A stretch of DNA of 64,000 nt from Octopus vulgaris (GCA_951406725.2 OX597824.1:14570001-14634000), one strand, 5' to 3'; positions 25,709 to 39,071 are shown, numbered from the stretch's first letter. Numbers and translations are program-made. The notes: generated from the letters alone by a model not told the origin.

Positions 25709-26098
25709 TGAGTGGCTGTGTGATAAGTAGCTTGCTTATCAACCACATGGTTCTGGGTTCAGTCCCACTGCATGGCACCTTGGGCAAGTGTCTTCTACTA
25801 TAGCCTAGGGCCGACCAAAGCCTTGTGAGTGGATTTGGTAGACGGAAACTGAAAGAAGCCCATTGTTTATATGTGTGTGTGTGTGTGTGTGTTTGTGTGT
25901 CTGTGTTTGTCCCCCCCAACATTGCTTGACAACCGATGCTGGTGTCGTTACGTCCCCGTAACTTAGCGGTTCGGCAAAAGAGACCGATAGAATAAGCATT
26001 AAGCTTACAAAGAATAAGTCCTGGGGTCAATTTGCTCGACTAAAGGCAGTGCTCCAGCATGGCCACAGTCAAATGACTGAAACAAGTAAAAGAGTAAA
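25709..26098 (+). mobile_element. SINE family B (head GAGTGGCTGTGTGGTAAG...GGTTCAGTCCC; internal TG microsatellite; AAGAGTAA tail)
   Basis: Other copies near 7790-8150, 28175-28566, 35422-36030(-), 46279-46645(-), 50245-50615(-), 62163-62526(-), 63320-63678. Confidence 0.85.
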
Positions 26099-26739
26099 AT
26101 AAATTTTCAACATGTTGAACAACTTAAATGACAAATGCTGAGGTCTGGTTTTTGTTATTTGTAGACAAAAGACAAATCAATTTCCTGAGAGGATCTCAGT
26201 ATATTTCACATAAGAATTACAGATAACCTGTTTTAGTATTGTTTTAACAGTCAGGCGAAATGAAGCCATAGAATTAAATGAACAGACAAAATACACAACT
26301 ATGCATCTGTAATACATTTGAACTTCAGTTAATGCCCTAGCCATCTGTAATATAGAATTCAGTGTGTTTCCAGAGACATAAAGTCTGATGCAGACTAGCA
26401 ACATATCCACCTGGTAACAATCTCACTATGCTGTAATTATACATTTATAATCGTTTTAACCCTTTCATGATCATGCTTCTAATGGAATGAACTCCTTATG
26501 GGTTCGAAGTGATTTTGTAGAATAATTAAGAATTTTAAGGTATTTAGCAAAATAACATTGCCCATTATTAATCAGATGTTGGAACATAACAAAAGGTTCC
26601 AACATAAAATTATAACGGGTTTAAATTTAAATAAATACATTTTAAAAGGAATTTGTATCATAGAATTAGAGAAGGTCCCATTTGAGTTGATGTCAAAAGG
26701 GTTAAAGCCTCCTACGTTTTAGTACAGAGGGAGATAAAA

Positions 26740-27043
26740 GTGAAGGCATATGGCCTAGTGGTTAGAGCAGCAGACTCGCGGTTGAGGGATCGCGGGTTCG
26801 AATCTCAGACTGGACGATGTGTGTGTTTATGAGCAAAACACCTAAGCTCCACGCAGCTCTGACAGAAGGTAATGGCGAAACATCTGCTGACTGTTTCGCC
26901 ACAACTTTCTCTCACTCTTTCCTCCTGCATCTAGAAGCTCAGCTGCGATAGACCAGCGTCCCGTCCGGGTGGGGAACCTATACGCCAAGAAACCAAGAAA
27001 CCGGCCCTTATGAGCCAGACATGGCTCGAGAAGGAACAAACAA
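26740..27043 (+). mobile_element. SINE family D (tRNA-like head GGCCTAGTGGTTAGAGCAGC..GGTTCGAATC)
   Basis: A/B boxes; copies at 29526-30077 (split by an inverted family C copy) and 60735-61041(-). Confidence 0.85.
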
Positions 27044-27244
27044 AAAAAAAAAAAGAGGGAGATAAACCCTTCATTCTTGTAACAGAGATCTGTAAACAGA
27101 AGCAATCTGGCATTTGGGTTCTGAGATTGTGCTGTGGACAGCTGAACTACAACTTTACACACGAGTTGGAAGACTGAACAAAATAGAAACAATAAGCGGT
27201 TTGGTACTTCTAAAATACAATGAATGAGTATACATAACACTTAC

Positions 27245-27347
27245 TTTAGATTGTTCTGACCTGCTATAGTGATAGAAATAGGGATTGTATTGCTCACAAT
27301 ACTCTGGTTTTAGCTCATAGTGTCCTTTGCCTCCAACTTGACTTTTC
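27245..27347 (-). CDS. UBR2: UBR1/2 exon (103 nt)
   Basis: KSQVGGKGHYELKPEYCEQYNPYFYHYSRSEQSK; phase 2-0. Confidence 0.95.
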
Positions 27348-28316
27348 CTGAAATGATGGAAACGTTTCAATTAAAAAAAAAACATACTTACAAATTCAAT
27401 ATCAAGGTCTATATATTTCCTTATGCTAGCTTAAGTTAGATAGATGTATCTATTTCTTTACAACCCACAAGGGGCTAAACACAGAAGGGACAAACAAACG
27501 GATTAAGTTGATTACATCGACCCCAGTGTGTAACTGGTACTGAATTTATCGACCCTGAAAGGATGAAAGGCAAAGTCGACCTCGGCAGAATTTGAACTCA
27601 GAAAGCAGCGCCAGACGAACTACCGCAAAGCATTTCGCCCGGCGTGCTAACGTTTCTGCCAGCTCGCCGCCTTAAATAGTTAGAAAGATGTATCGTGCAA
27701 GCTCTCATTGTTCAGCTTGGACTATCATCACTATGTGAAGCCCAGCATCCTGAGATCTCATATCAGCAGTGTTTGCTTTCGTGACTGTCTTCTTTCGCTG
27801 TAAGGCACTCTGCACTGACAACTCTCATCACAATTTTCATTGAAAATCAATATCAGAACAGTTATTTCTCCAACACACTTTGGTAAATGCCTGAAGTCCA
27901 GATGCTCCCTCAGCTCACATGCGCTCCACCATTCATGCAAGTAAGCAATACACAGACAAACAATCATCCTTGCCTCAAATTATCTCACTACATGCAATGA
28001 CAATATCACACTTATTCCAGAGAGACAGACAGACAGACAGAGAGAATGTTGTTGTCCCCTCTATGTTTAGCCCCTTGTGGGCAATAAAGAAATAAGAAAG
28101 AGAGAATGTTAACTTCTACTCCTTCTTTACTCTAATTACAATAATTCTACTACAATCACCACCAGCACTAATTAGATAACCACATGGTTCCAGGTTCAGA
28201 CCCACTGCATGGCACCTTGGGCAAGTGTCTCTTCTACTATAGCCTTGGGCTGACCAAAGCCTTGTGAATGGATTTGGTAGACGTAAACTGAAAGAAGCCC
28301 ATCACATATATGTATA

Positions 28317-28357
<41 letters not shown>

Positions 28358-28773
28358 TTGTGAGTTTGTGTTCGCCCCCCCACCCCCAACATTGCTTGAC
28401 AACTGATGCTGGTGTGTTTGCGTCCCCGTAACTTAGCGATTCGGCAAAAGAGACCGATAGAATAAGTACTAGGCTTCCAAAGAATAAGTCCTGGAGTCAA
28501 TTTGCTCGACTAAAGGCGGTGCTCCAGCATGGCCACAGTCAAATGACTGAAACAAATAAAAGAGTAACTGAAAGAAAAACTAGGGGTGACACGATTAACT
28601 AAAACCCTTGAAAGTGGTACCCCCAACATAACTGAAACTAGTAAAAAAAGTATTTAGTAAATAATGTCAAAAGGATCCCTAAAGTGTAGCCTGAGATGGG
28701 GACAAAAACGAAACAATTACATTTCAATATGAGATTAGGCAACACAAAATAAAAGATGAAACAAATATCTTAC

Positions 28774-28826
28774 TTAAAATTTGCAACTTCATTCACCACA
28801 AGTTCAATTCCAGTCTCATGGTTCCA
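28774..28826 (-). CDS. UBR2: UBR1/2 exon (53 nt)
   Basis: WNHETGIELVVNEVANFK; phase 0-2. Confidence 0.93.
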
Positions 28827-29314
28827 CTGAAATAATTATTATCATCATTAATAATCTGCATAAGTTAGTAAAATTAAGCAAAGAAATTATAGATCTGTAG
28901 TAGAAAATGATGTTTGGCAGTTTGAACCAGACCTGCCTCAACTACTGTTAAACTTAAGTGCCAAAGCCCCCGACAACCCATATTAGACCTACCTTTGCCA
29001 TTGTCCCAGTCATTCATGTTAGGTTCACAAAGTTATTTCGGCAGAAACAGGTTTAGCAGGTCTTTAAAAAATTCAATTTCTTCACAGTTTAACTTTCAAA
29101 TGAAAATACTATTATCAACTATGACGTTACAAATGACAAACATTTTTAGAGTTGAAAATCTATTTATTCCACAAGTTTTTGAACTAGAAAATTTTTTTTT
29201 TTTTAAAAAAAAGGTGACCTGGATTATTAGAGTCAGACTAGGAAATGTTAAACGGTTTCTGTAGATATTACATTGCTTTTGTAGTATAGGTTAATAAATA
29301 AAGGTTGCACTTAC

Positions 29315-29439
29315 ATCTTCGGGTAGGGCTTTTACAAGTTCACTGTGTGCCATTGGAGTAATGCACAACTGGTGGATAATTTCCCTTTTGACAACATCTT
29401 TGTGGGTTACTTGACCCACACCAACTGTGTAACGTTCAC
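29315..29439 (-). CDS. UBR2: UBR1/2 exon (125 nt, winged-helix region)
   Basis: [42 protein letters not shown]; phase 1-0. Confidence 0.95.
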
Positions 29440-31119
29440 CTAAAATAAAAAAAGGGGGGAGGGATCAAACAATAGTTTACATTAAGCCCAATATTTTTTA
29501 AACATTTTTTTCCACATGCTAACCTTGGCCTAGTGGTCAGGGCAGCGGACTCGCAGTTGAGGGGTTGCGGGTTTGAATCTCAGACCGAGCGATGTGTGTG
29601 TTTATGAGTGAAGCACCTAAGCCCCACGCAGCTCCCGCAGAAGGTGATGGTGAGCTTCTGCTGACTCTTTCGCCACAACTTTTTCTCACTCTTTCCTCCT
29701 GCATCTTGCAGCTCACCAGCAACAGACCAGCATCCCGTCCAGGTGAGGAACCTATCATCGTTTAACATCCGTTCTCCATGCTAGCATGGGTTGGACGGTT
29801 CGACCGGGGATCTGGGAAGCCAGAAGGCTGCACCAGGCTCCAGTCTGATCTGGCAGTGTTTCTACAGCTGGATGCCCTTCCTAACGCCAACCACTCTGTG
29901 AGTGTAGTGGGTGCTTTTTACGTGCCACCTGCACAGGTGCCAGGCGAGGCTGGCAAGAGCCATGATTGGATTGGTGCATTTTACATGCCACCAGCATGGA
30001 AGCCAGTCAAGGCGGTGCTGGCATATGCCAAGGAAACCGGCCCTATGAGCCAGGCATGGCTTAAGAAGGAACAAACATGCTAACCTGTGCCCCAATAGTT
30101 CTGGAGGTTTCTAATAGCCAAATTATAAAGTTCTTAAACTGACAAACACAGGAAACTGATGTAACTATATCTCAGATTAAAACAATGGTTATAGACAAAA
30201 TTTGAACTATCAGTTTGGAATCTTAAGCCCATCTCAAAACTCCAATTAAATAAATTGTAATTGAGCAGGTTAAAAATTAACTTTCTTGAAATGAGGAGAG
30301 AGAGAAAGCAGCTGGTCATGAAATGGTATCAGTTAATGCCTACAGGTATAAAGTGATACACAAGAATGACACCTGTTGGAAGAAATCCAGTTGAATACTG
30401 AGAACTGAAAGTAATTATGGTAGAGCAAAATCTAAGGTGTAGGAATAAGTAGTGAGGTTATGTCTGGGTCTCAGAGGTGAGATGAACAATGTGAAATGGT
30501 GTGGCTGTATGTTGTTACATAGACTAGTGCAATATATGTATAAAAAAAAAATGATGAACTAATAAGGAGGTGGTCGAAAAAGCCAGCTTCTATATACGAC
30601 TAAAGCGAGAAGACCAAAAATGGCTTGAAAGTCATAACATGCCGGCGGAAAATAACATCACTAGGTGAGACAAGCTGACACTGAATTAGCTTCGCTGACT
30701 GACAGGTGACAGCTGTTTAGAGAATGCATGAGCTAAGACTTAGTTAAAGTTGAGACAGTGTCACGTGACAACTTGCTGGGGCTGCCTGCTGGAGCCTAGC
30801 AGCAGGTATTTAAAGGGAAAAAGATTTGACAAGTCAGTCAGTCACTCGCTGACGCTACATCGAGGAGGCCAGGGAACAGAAGAAAGAAGAAGAAATGCAC
30901 CCAACACTAGAGCTGAAGACACCTCCGAAACAGGGGTCCCGCCACGTCAAAACGGTTGAGGAATAGGGGCCGAAACTGGACGTGGTTCCTCCTGATGATG
31001 TCTTGAGCTAACTGGATCTTATAAAGGAGCTGTTGTGATAGCAGACCACGAAACACAGTTGAAATTCCTCAGATGATCTTGCCAAAATGATTACAAATAT
31101 GAAGAGGTCATATAATTAC

Positions 31120-31214
31120 CTAAAATTATAATTAAAAGGTTCAGAAACTCCTCAGCAAGCACACTGGTTTGTCTGACAGAATCTTCTTGGCCACCTGGAT
31201 CATCGTAAGTAGAC
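31120..31214 (-). CDS. UBR2: UBR1/2 exon (95 nt)
   Basis: STYDDPGGQEDSVRQTSVLAEEFLNLLIIIL; phase 2-1. Confidence 0.92.
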
Positions 31215-31361
31215 CTAGGATAAAATAGAAGCTAATTACAGAAAAGACAATTGTAATAATTATAATATGGACACATCAAATATCAGGTGTAGTTAAGTTA
31301 AAAATAAACTTCATCAACAAGAAAAAAAATAACAAAATGAAATTAATAGAGAGTCACTTAC

Positions 31362-31438
31362 TTGACCCAAGCAAGTAAACCATATTTGTTCAACAAGTGA
31401 ATGAGAAACTCATCAGGATTTAAAAGAGAAGCACCAAT
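31362..31438 (-). CDS. UBR2: UBR1/2 exon (77 nt)
   Basis: IGASLLNPDEFLIHLLNKYGLLAWVK; phase 0-2. Confidence 0.93.
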
Positions 31439-31679
31439 CTAGCAAAGTAAACAAAAAAAATTCTGTTACAAAACATTCAAAACAACAAAATCACAATTTT
31501 GGGTTGTGGAATAAAAGTGATTTATCATCAACGTATATATAGTATTCTAGAGTAGAAATGTGCATGTGTTATGCAAATAAATACAGCATAGTAGGTAAAA
31601 AGTGTTCCTGGGGTGATCATAAAAGGAATTTAACACTTGGAGTAAAGTGGTTAGATTAGATTTTAATATAATAATAATA

Positions 31680-32131
31680 ATGTATATTATCGTATACAGT
31701 GCTCAGGTGCACCACAACTTGTCAAAAGTGCGTGTAAAGCATATGCAGTAATGTACAAATGTCTGGAAAGTGAACAGTGTATGAGTCAGATACATGCCTG
31801 TGTGTGTATGGAGGGGAGAAAATCAGGTGTAGTGTTGGCGAATCTCAGAAAGCATGGAAGTTTTGAAGGATGCAGCGCTCCGACAACTAACAACTGATGC
31901 TGGCAGTTTGTTCCATGCTTCAGTAACTCTAGCGTGAAAAAATGTTTCTGAAAGTCATGGGAGCTGTGGTAAACATGTCCACGGGTGTTAGACAGGTGGA
32001 GTTTGAAAAGGTGCTCAGAGTTATTGTTTGTAAGATGGTTAATAATTTTATGGGTGTCTGCCAAGTCAGCTGCCAGACGTCGGAGTTTCAATGTGTCCAT
32101 GCCCAGGGAAGTAAGGCGTTCAGAATATGGC
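31680..32131 (-). mobile_element. CR1-like LINE 3' fragment
   Basis: Near-identical to 17415-17880; (TTA)n tail. Confidence 0.85.
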
Positions 32132-32508
32132 AACATGAAGTAGGTTATATCTCGGTCTCAGCAATAAAATGACTAGGATTGAGTATGGCTGTCTGTTGTA
32201 CAGCAGGCCGATTCAATGTATGCCAATATAAAAAAAAACAAACAAAAACAAGTGTTAAATCTGATAGTGGTGGTGATATTTCCAATCTCATTCGAAACAG
32301 GACTGAGCTTCATAGATGAGACAACACAGAATTGAGTTACATAGAAAGATACCACATACAGTGGAGGTTACACATGGATGTTATACCAATATTATAGATG
32401 ATGATGAGGGTGGAATATCCTGGCATGTAAAACTCAATCCAAGCAGCAACTTTATTGAATACACAGGACAGAACAAAACTTCCCACTTACAGGGAACATT
32501 AAGTATTA

Positions 32509-32929
32509 TCTCTCTCTATATAAACGGCAGTTTGTCTGTCTGTGTGTCTGTCAGGTTGTACCCTCACCCTGACAACGGCTTTCAACCGATTCTGATGAAA
32601 CTTGACACACGCATAGCCCAATGTCATAATTCAAAACTAACGCAGCGAAAATTTTGAAAAGTTCTCCCAGTTCTGAAAAAAATCGATAAATTCGACATGG
32701 GGTCGAGAATCTAAGCTTTTTATATGCAACACATTTTCTGTCTAGGGGACACAACTCGACAGCTAGGGACCGCTAGGAACATTGTATACACAGAAGTATT
32801 CGAGTGAAGAGAAGACATTGCAACCTACACATGCGCCTTCGTTCCCTAGAGGGAAAGGACTAGATTGGGATTAGTCGTTGCCTACTAGGGGCTCTTACAT
32901 ACCCGGGCAACGCCGGGCTATGCTGCTAG
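32509..32929 (+). mobile_element. Non-autonomous Helitron-like element
   Basis: A|TC...ctatataaacggca start shared with the 12141 copy; hairpin cccgggcaacgccggg; CTAG|T end. Confidence 0.78.
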
Positions 32930-33274
32930 TAATATAATATAATGAAATTATTGCATACAGTCCTCAGGTGCACCACTAACATCTAGTGGGAACCTAGAAT
33001 TTCAAACATCACAAAACCGTGGAAACTAAAACAAACACAATCATAACAGATACCTGTGCATGTTCTCTACTAATATGTGAAATATTTAGTGAGCTAACAC
33101 AATCAAAATGTCATAAAACTTCCAAACAACAGTCAGCAACATCTACTCGCGTGTGTCAGTGAGTCCTGACCTTTTAAAGTAGATCAATAAACCTTCACTA
33201 ACTATCACTAATGGAACTGATAGTCATATCTACGGAAAACAAGTTTAAAGGAACACACAGAAGATGAACTATAC

Positions 33275-33340
33275 CTGTAACATAACAATATCTTTATCAT
33301 ACATTTCTACACGGCATCTTACATTGTTATAAAAGAAGAT
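33275..33340 (-). CDS. UBR2: UBR1/2 exon (66 nt)
   Basis: IFFYNNVRCRVEMYDKDIVMLQ; phase 0-0. Confidence 0.94.
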
Positions 33341-33989
33341 CTGAAAGAGAAACAAAAAGAGAAGGTTACATCAAAAGAGAAAATTAATAACATACAAAAT
33401 ATTTATTTATTTATTGCCCACAAGGGGCTAAACATAGAGGGGACAAACAAGGACAGACAAGGGGATTAAGTCGATTACATCGACTCCAGTGCGTAACTGG
33501 TACTTATTTTATTGACCCCGAAAGGATGAAAGGCAAAGTCGACCTCGGCGGAGTTTGAACTCAGAACGTAACGGCAGATGAAATACTAAGTATTTCGCCC
33601 GGCGTGCTAACGATTCTGCCAGCTCACCACCTTTAACATACAAAATATTAAACATAATAAATATCCTTAATTCTTTTACATCAACTAATCCATCTTAATA
33701 CACACCCCACTTAAAACTATATGGAATGTTTCTCATCTTTACAGCACACTTTCATCCTAACTACACATCTTAAAGAAAACACATTCATTTAAACTCATCA
33801 CTTTTCCTTTCAATTAGATACAACCTAACAGTTTCAAATTGAAAATTTCAATAATCTGCATTTGCTATTTATAATTTGATAGAAAATAAATCATAAAAAG
33901 GAATAAAGACTTGAATTGAAATTGTGATTAATGCCACAAAATATAAAAAATGAAACAGCTATTTCTGAAGAATAAAATAACAATCTTAC

Positions 33990-34100
33990 CTGATTAAGAA
34001 GGGAGAAACCATTTCTTCTCCACATTCCAGCATAATTTTGAGCTATCATAACTTGAGTTCGCAGTGGCGGTTCTATCAAGTCAACAGGACTCATTTCAAA
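33990..34100 (-). CDS. UBR2: UBR1/2 exon (111 nt)
   Basis: FEMSPVDLIEPPLRTQVMIAQNYAGMWRRNGFSLLNQ; phase 0-0. Confidence 0.95.
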
Positions 34101-34752
34101 CTAAAGAATAAAAACCGAACCTTAATTAAATGCTGATTAATATTTGAAATTGATATTTGACAAAATAATGAAAATAAAAAGGTATTCTTTAGTAATTATA
34201 AACCTTTATGTCAGTTGAAACTTACTTTAAGAAGGGTTTCAGGTAACAGATTTCAGTTTGTGATGAAGAAATGAGGATGTTCTCAAATACAGGCATAAAT
34301 ATATCTCAAGAGACAAAGCGTCGTAAGTTTAATTAATGACGATGTGCCGGTGCCAGTGACATGTAAAAAGCACCGTCCTAACATGGCAGATGCCAGCGCC
34401 ACCTGACTGGCGTCCGTGACACGTAAAAGCACCAACCAATTGTGGCTGTTTGCCAGCCTCCTCTGGCCCCTGTGCTGGTGGAATGTAAAAAAACACCCAC
34501 TACACTCACGGAGTGGTTGGCATTAGGAAGGGCATCCAGCTGTAGAAACACTGCCAGATCAGACTGGAGCCTGGTGCAGCCTCCTGGCTTCCCAGACCCC
34601 AATCGAACCATCCAACCCATGCTAGCATGGAAAACGGACATTGAACGATGATGATGATGATGGTGATGATGTAACAACTTATGAGAGACAACAATGGTAA
34701 GGACGACATGATAAAGTAAGCATCTGTTCAATGAACATCAAACAAAACATAC

Positions 34753-34808
34753 CTGTGAAATCATCTCTGGAGAACATATACCAAATTTGTCCATATGTAG
34801 ATAAAGCC
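34753..34808 (-). CDS. UBR2: UBR1/2 exon (56 nt)
   Basis: GLYLHMDKFGICSPEMISQ; phase 1-0. Confidence 0.87.
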
Positions 34809-35624
34809 CTGGCAAGAATTAAAAAAAGAGGTAATCAATTCAAAGGAATTATGAAAAATATAAGATACAGATTATGATAGCAAACAGTTTTTTTTAATTT
34901 GGTTACAGAGAAAATCCACTTTCTTCCATGTTTCACTATAAAGAATTTACTCATATAATCACCAATCTAGTAATAGTTCCAATATTCATAATTAATTTGT
35001 TTTAAACCTAAAGGTCAAACTCCTTCGTACATAAGTTAAAGTGTGTAAAACAAATTATATTGTGGAAAAAGCCATTTTAATCATTCAACAACAAACAAAA
35101 CTGCTGAATTCACATTATATTTTAAATTTATTTCAAGAAGTGTCCAAACTTTCTTCATACAAATGCAACTTGGGTCAATGGCACAGTTCCTCTGTAACTC
35201 AGTTTAAATTTTAAATTAAAAATGAATCTAACAGCTTTGACGTTATTAAATGGTTAGAATGGTCCTTCCATGATGTAACTGATTCACTTGCAAGAAATGC
35301 TTTCAGATCAAGTCACTTGCTAGACAAGTACAACTCCAAAAGTGTATAAAAATTTTTGGATCTTACATGGTCTGCATGTGTACACACACACACACACAAT
35401 CACATTAATGTATGTATATATTCTTTTACTCTTTTACTTGTTTCAGTCATTTGACTGTGGTCATGTTGGAGCACAGCTTTTAGTCGATCAAATCGACCCC
35501 AGGACTTATTCTTTGTAAGCCTAGTGCTTATTCTATCGGTCTCTTTTGCCGATCCGCTAAGTTACGGGGATGTAAACAGCAGCATCGGTTGTCAAGCGAT
35601 GTTGGGGTGACAAACACAGACACA

Positions 35625-35657
<33 letters not shown>

Positions 35658-36337
35658 CACCATCCGAACGTGGCCGATGCCAGACTCCTCTGGCACCTGT
35701 GCAGGTGGCACGTAAAAAACACCCACTACACTCGCGGAGTGGTTGGCGTTGGGAAGGGCATCCAGCTGTAGAAACACTGCCAGGCTAGACTGGAGCCTGG
35801 GGCAGTCCCTAGCTCCCCAGACCCCGGTCGAAACCGTCCAACCCGTGCTAGCGCGGAAAACGGACGTTAAACGATGATGATGATGATGATGATGACAGGC
35901 TTCTTTCAGTTTCCGTCTACCAAATCCACTCACAAGGCTTTGGTCGGCCCGAGGCTATAGTAGAAGACACTTGCCCAAGGTGCCACGCAGTGGGACTGAA
36001 CCCAGAACCATGTGGTTCGTAAGCAAGCTATGTTAATTTTTGCTCAGATGATATGTAATTGTTTGTCGCAATAAATTCTTGACAGCAATTTTACCAAAAT
36101 TCATTTTGAGGAGAGAATAATTGTTTATTTCATAATTGAGATTAGTTAATTTGCTTTAGGAGTCAAGCATACTGTTCAATGATGTGATAGGATATGATTT
36201 AATTCAAACAGTGTATTATCAATGTATGAACATATATATCTAATGACAAATAAAAAAGATGTTGACAGATGGAGTAGAAGTTTAGGTGTATTTCAAGAAG
36301 GAAAAAATAGACAAATAAATAAAACCATATTAAGTAC

Positions 36338-36424
36338 CGGCAAAGAGGCGAATAACTGGTAAATGGATACTGACAGGCTGGCTAGCAACATCATATTTTA
36401 TACACTGGGCTACAATTCCTGCAA
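36338..36424 (-). CDS. UBR2: UBR1/2 exon (87 nt)
   Basis: VAGIVAQCIKYDVASQPVSIHLPVIRLFA; phase 1-1. Confidence 0.92.
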
Positions 36425-36529
36425 CTGAAATAGATGAAAATATATTATCTTAAAGGGAAATGTCACAAAGAATTTTACACAAATCAGGTACTGACTTTAC
36501 ATAAGACAAAATTTTCACCTGAGTTTCAT

Positions 36530-37057
36530 TTATATGTAGGACAAGGTTTTAACTTATATGTAGGACAAGGTTTTAACTTATATGTGGGACAAGGTTTTAA
36601 CTTATATGTGGGACAAGGTTTTAACTTATATGTGGGACAAGGTTTTAACTTATGTGTAGGACAAGGTTTTAACTTATATGTAGGACAAGGTTTTAACTTA
36701 TATGTAGGACAAGGTTTTAACTTATATGTAGGACAAGGTTTTAACTTATATGTAGGACAAGGTTTTAACTTATATGTAGGACAAGGTTTTAACTTATATG
36801 TAGGACAAGGTTTTAACTTATATGTAGGACAAGGTTTTAACTTATATGTAGGACAAGGTTTTAACTTATATGTAGGACAAGGTTTTAACTTATATGTAGG
36901 ACAAGGTTTTAACTTATATGTAGGACAAGGTTTTAACTTATATGTAGGACAAGGTTTTAATTTATATGTAGGACAAGGTTTTAACTTATATGTAGGACAA
37001 GGTTTTAACTTATATGTAGGACAAGGTTTTAATTTATATGTAGAAGAGGGTTTCAAT
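36530..37057. repeat. 24-bp intronic minisatellite, ~22 copies
   Basis: Unit ttatatgtaggacaaggttttaac; highly homogeneous. Confidence 0.95.
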
Positions 37058-37107
37058 TTACACATAAGACAAGGCTCAAATCTAGAAATAACAATGGTTG
37101 AATTTAC

Positions 37108-37201
37108 CATCACAATCTTCCATTTTATGGGCATCCAGTTTATCTCTACATTGGTAAAGGGTACAAAGAGTAGATCTAAAACAGTCACTAAAAACTGAAG
37201 C
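37108..37201 (-). CDS. UBR2: UBR1/2 exon (94 nt)
   Basis: ASVFSDCFRSTLCTLYQCRDKLDAHKMEDCD; phase 0-1 (different frame from the listed 230-aa ORF). Confidence 0.85.
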
Positions 37202-37839
37202 CTGAAAGTAGACAACAAGAGTTAGTGTGAAAGTATACAGTAGAAGGTGGAATGAAAGTTTACAGCATCACTTTACCTCTATTCAATCGAAATTACCAAA
37301 ATGTTTTCAGAGTTAGTGTTTTATAGATTTGCATTTCCTCAAAACCAAAATACACTAAAGATCAATACCCACATCACGGCCCTGCTTAGCAGTGTGGCTT
37401 ACCTGAGTAACACTGGCCCAGCATATATAATTGTAAATATGTACAACAGGTAAATACGGTTTCACAGCAAGTAAGTAAGTACAATACAAAGGACTAAAGT
37501 GCCTTGTAAGCCAAGAGTGATCAGTTCAAATCCTCACCTAGATCCAATGATTACGGAAGTCATCACAGCATGAAGAAAAATTTTTCCACACTGCTAGACA
37601 TGATAACTATATTCCTGTATGATCCATTTTACCTGACACGACAGCTATACACCCGTATGATACAGTTACAACAATAGCTGTTCACCTGTATAATTCATGT
37701 TATAATAAACGACAACAATACATCTATATGAGCCATATTGCAACACATGACAATTATACACCTGAGCGTATCCATGTTACAATTCACGACAAAAATACAT
37801 TTGTATGATCCATGTTACATGACATGACAACTTGATGTC

Positions 37840-38192
37840 TGTTAGCCAATGTCACTATAAAAACTTCCTTTGGTCAAGAATGACCATGGGATTGCACCTA
37901 GTGGTTACCTTCCAAGGCACATGTTCAGGCAAGGTTGTTATTAGAAGACCAGCAGTCACCCATACATACAAGCCTCGCCTCTCCACGCCACCAATGTTAT
38001 CCAAGGGAAAGGCTAAGACCAATACAGCTTGGTATCAGTGACATCACAACTCATTTCTACAGCTGAGTGAACTGGAGCAACGTGAAAAAGCGTCTTGCTC
38101 AAGAACACAGCACACGGCCCTGTCCGAGAATTGAACTCACTACCTCATGATTGTGAGCCCGACACTCTAACCACTGAGTCATGTGCCTTCAC
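37840..38192 (-). mobile_element. tRNA-headed SINE (additional family)
   Basis: Minus-strand head GACTCAGTGGTTAGAG...GAGTTCAATTC followed by CTTGAGCAAGAC..TGCTCCAGTTCACTCAGCTG core. Confidence 0.6.
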
Positions 38193-38352
38193 AATGTTAC
38201 AATACATAACAACTATCTGACAGCTTATACACCAGCATGATCCACAGGTCAGACCCAAGTCATAATATCTTAAGTAACCCACCATAAGAAAACAGGTGTA
38301 AAATAATTAAAAACAAAAACAATTTTAATAAACTTCAAAGTAAAATTCTTAC

Positions 38353-38481
38353 ATTACTGCCGCACCAGTCCAAAAACAAAGCAATGTTATCTTGTAAACG
38401 AAGTTGAAGATTAAATGCACTTTCCCATTCTGGTTCTATTTCTAAATGTTGACCAGTTTTACGGGTGACAGAATCCATTCC
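38353..38481 (-). CDS. UBR2: UBR1/2 exon (129 nt)
   Basis: GMDSVTRKTGQHLEIEPEWESAFNLQLRLQDNIALFLDWCGSN; phase 0-0. Confidence 0.95.
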
Positions 38482-38599
38482 CTGCAAAACAAGAAAAGAG
38501 AGATTGTAATGGAAACAATATTTAAAGAGTTGTTGTTTGTTGATAGTTTGTTTGGGACCATCTAAATAGCTCTATTGATTTATCTCTTATAACCCGACA

Positions 38600-39071
38600 A
38601 ATGAAGTGAGTTCACAGCTAGCAGGACGGCCTGCTGTGCTAACCTTGGATCGTAGAGTGACCTGCTGTTCTTGAGGAGACCTACTGAGTCAAGTACGTCA
38701 ACGCCAACATCAAAATAAAAATCAAATGGAAATTGTAGTTAAGATACCTGTGCCGGTGACAGATAAAAAGCACCGTCCGAACGTGGCAGATGCCAGCATC
38801 GCCTTGACTGGCGTCTGTGTCGGTGACACATTAAAGCACCAACCAATTGTGGCCATTTGCCAGCCTCCTCTGGCCCTCGTGCCGGTGGCATGTAAAAAGC
38901 ATCCACTACACTCACGGAGTGGTTGGTGTTAGGAAGGGCATCCAGCTGTAGAAACACTGCCAGATCAGACTGGAGCCTGGTGCAGCCTCCTGGCTTCCCA
39001 GAACCCGGTCGAACCGTCCAACCCATGCTAGCATGGAAAACGGATGTTAAACGATGATGATGATGATGATG
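38600..39071 (+). mobile_element. Retroposon family C (internal cacgtaaaaagcacc units; ...aacccatgctagcatggaaaacggacgttaaac(GAT)n tail)
   Basis: Most abundant repeat, variably 5'-truncated; copies near 7520-7788, 13027-13211(-), 19097-19325, 23533-23792(-), 29757-30021(-), 34340-34670, 35655-35895, 43005-43250(-), 44387-44775(-), 52680-53142, 59925-60280(-), 63790-64000. Confidence 0.85.

Noticed and set aside
26750-26812. tRNA gene candidates at SINE heads (also 11460-11529, 60970-61041)
   Set aside because: A/B boxes are present but continue directly into repeated SINE bodies and lack a complete cloverleaf.
36434-37218. 254-aa (+) and 230-aa (-) repetitive ORFs
   Set aside because: Products of a stop-free 24-bp minisatellite; the true exon 37108-37201 uses another frame that fits neighbouring phases.
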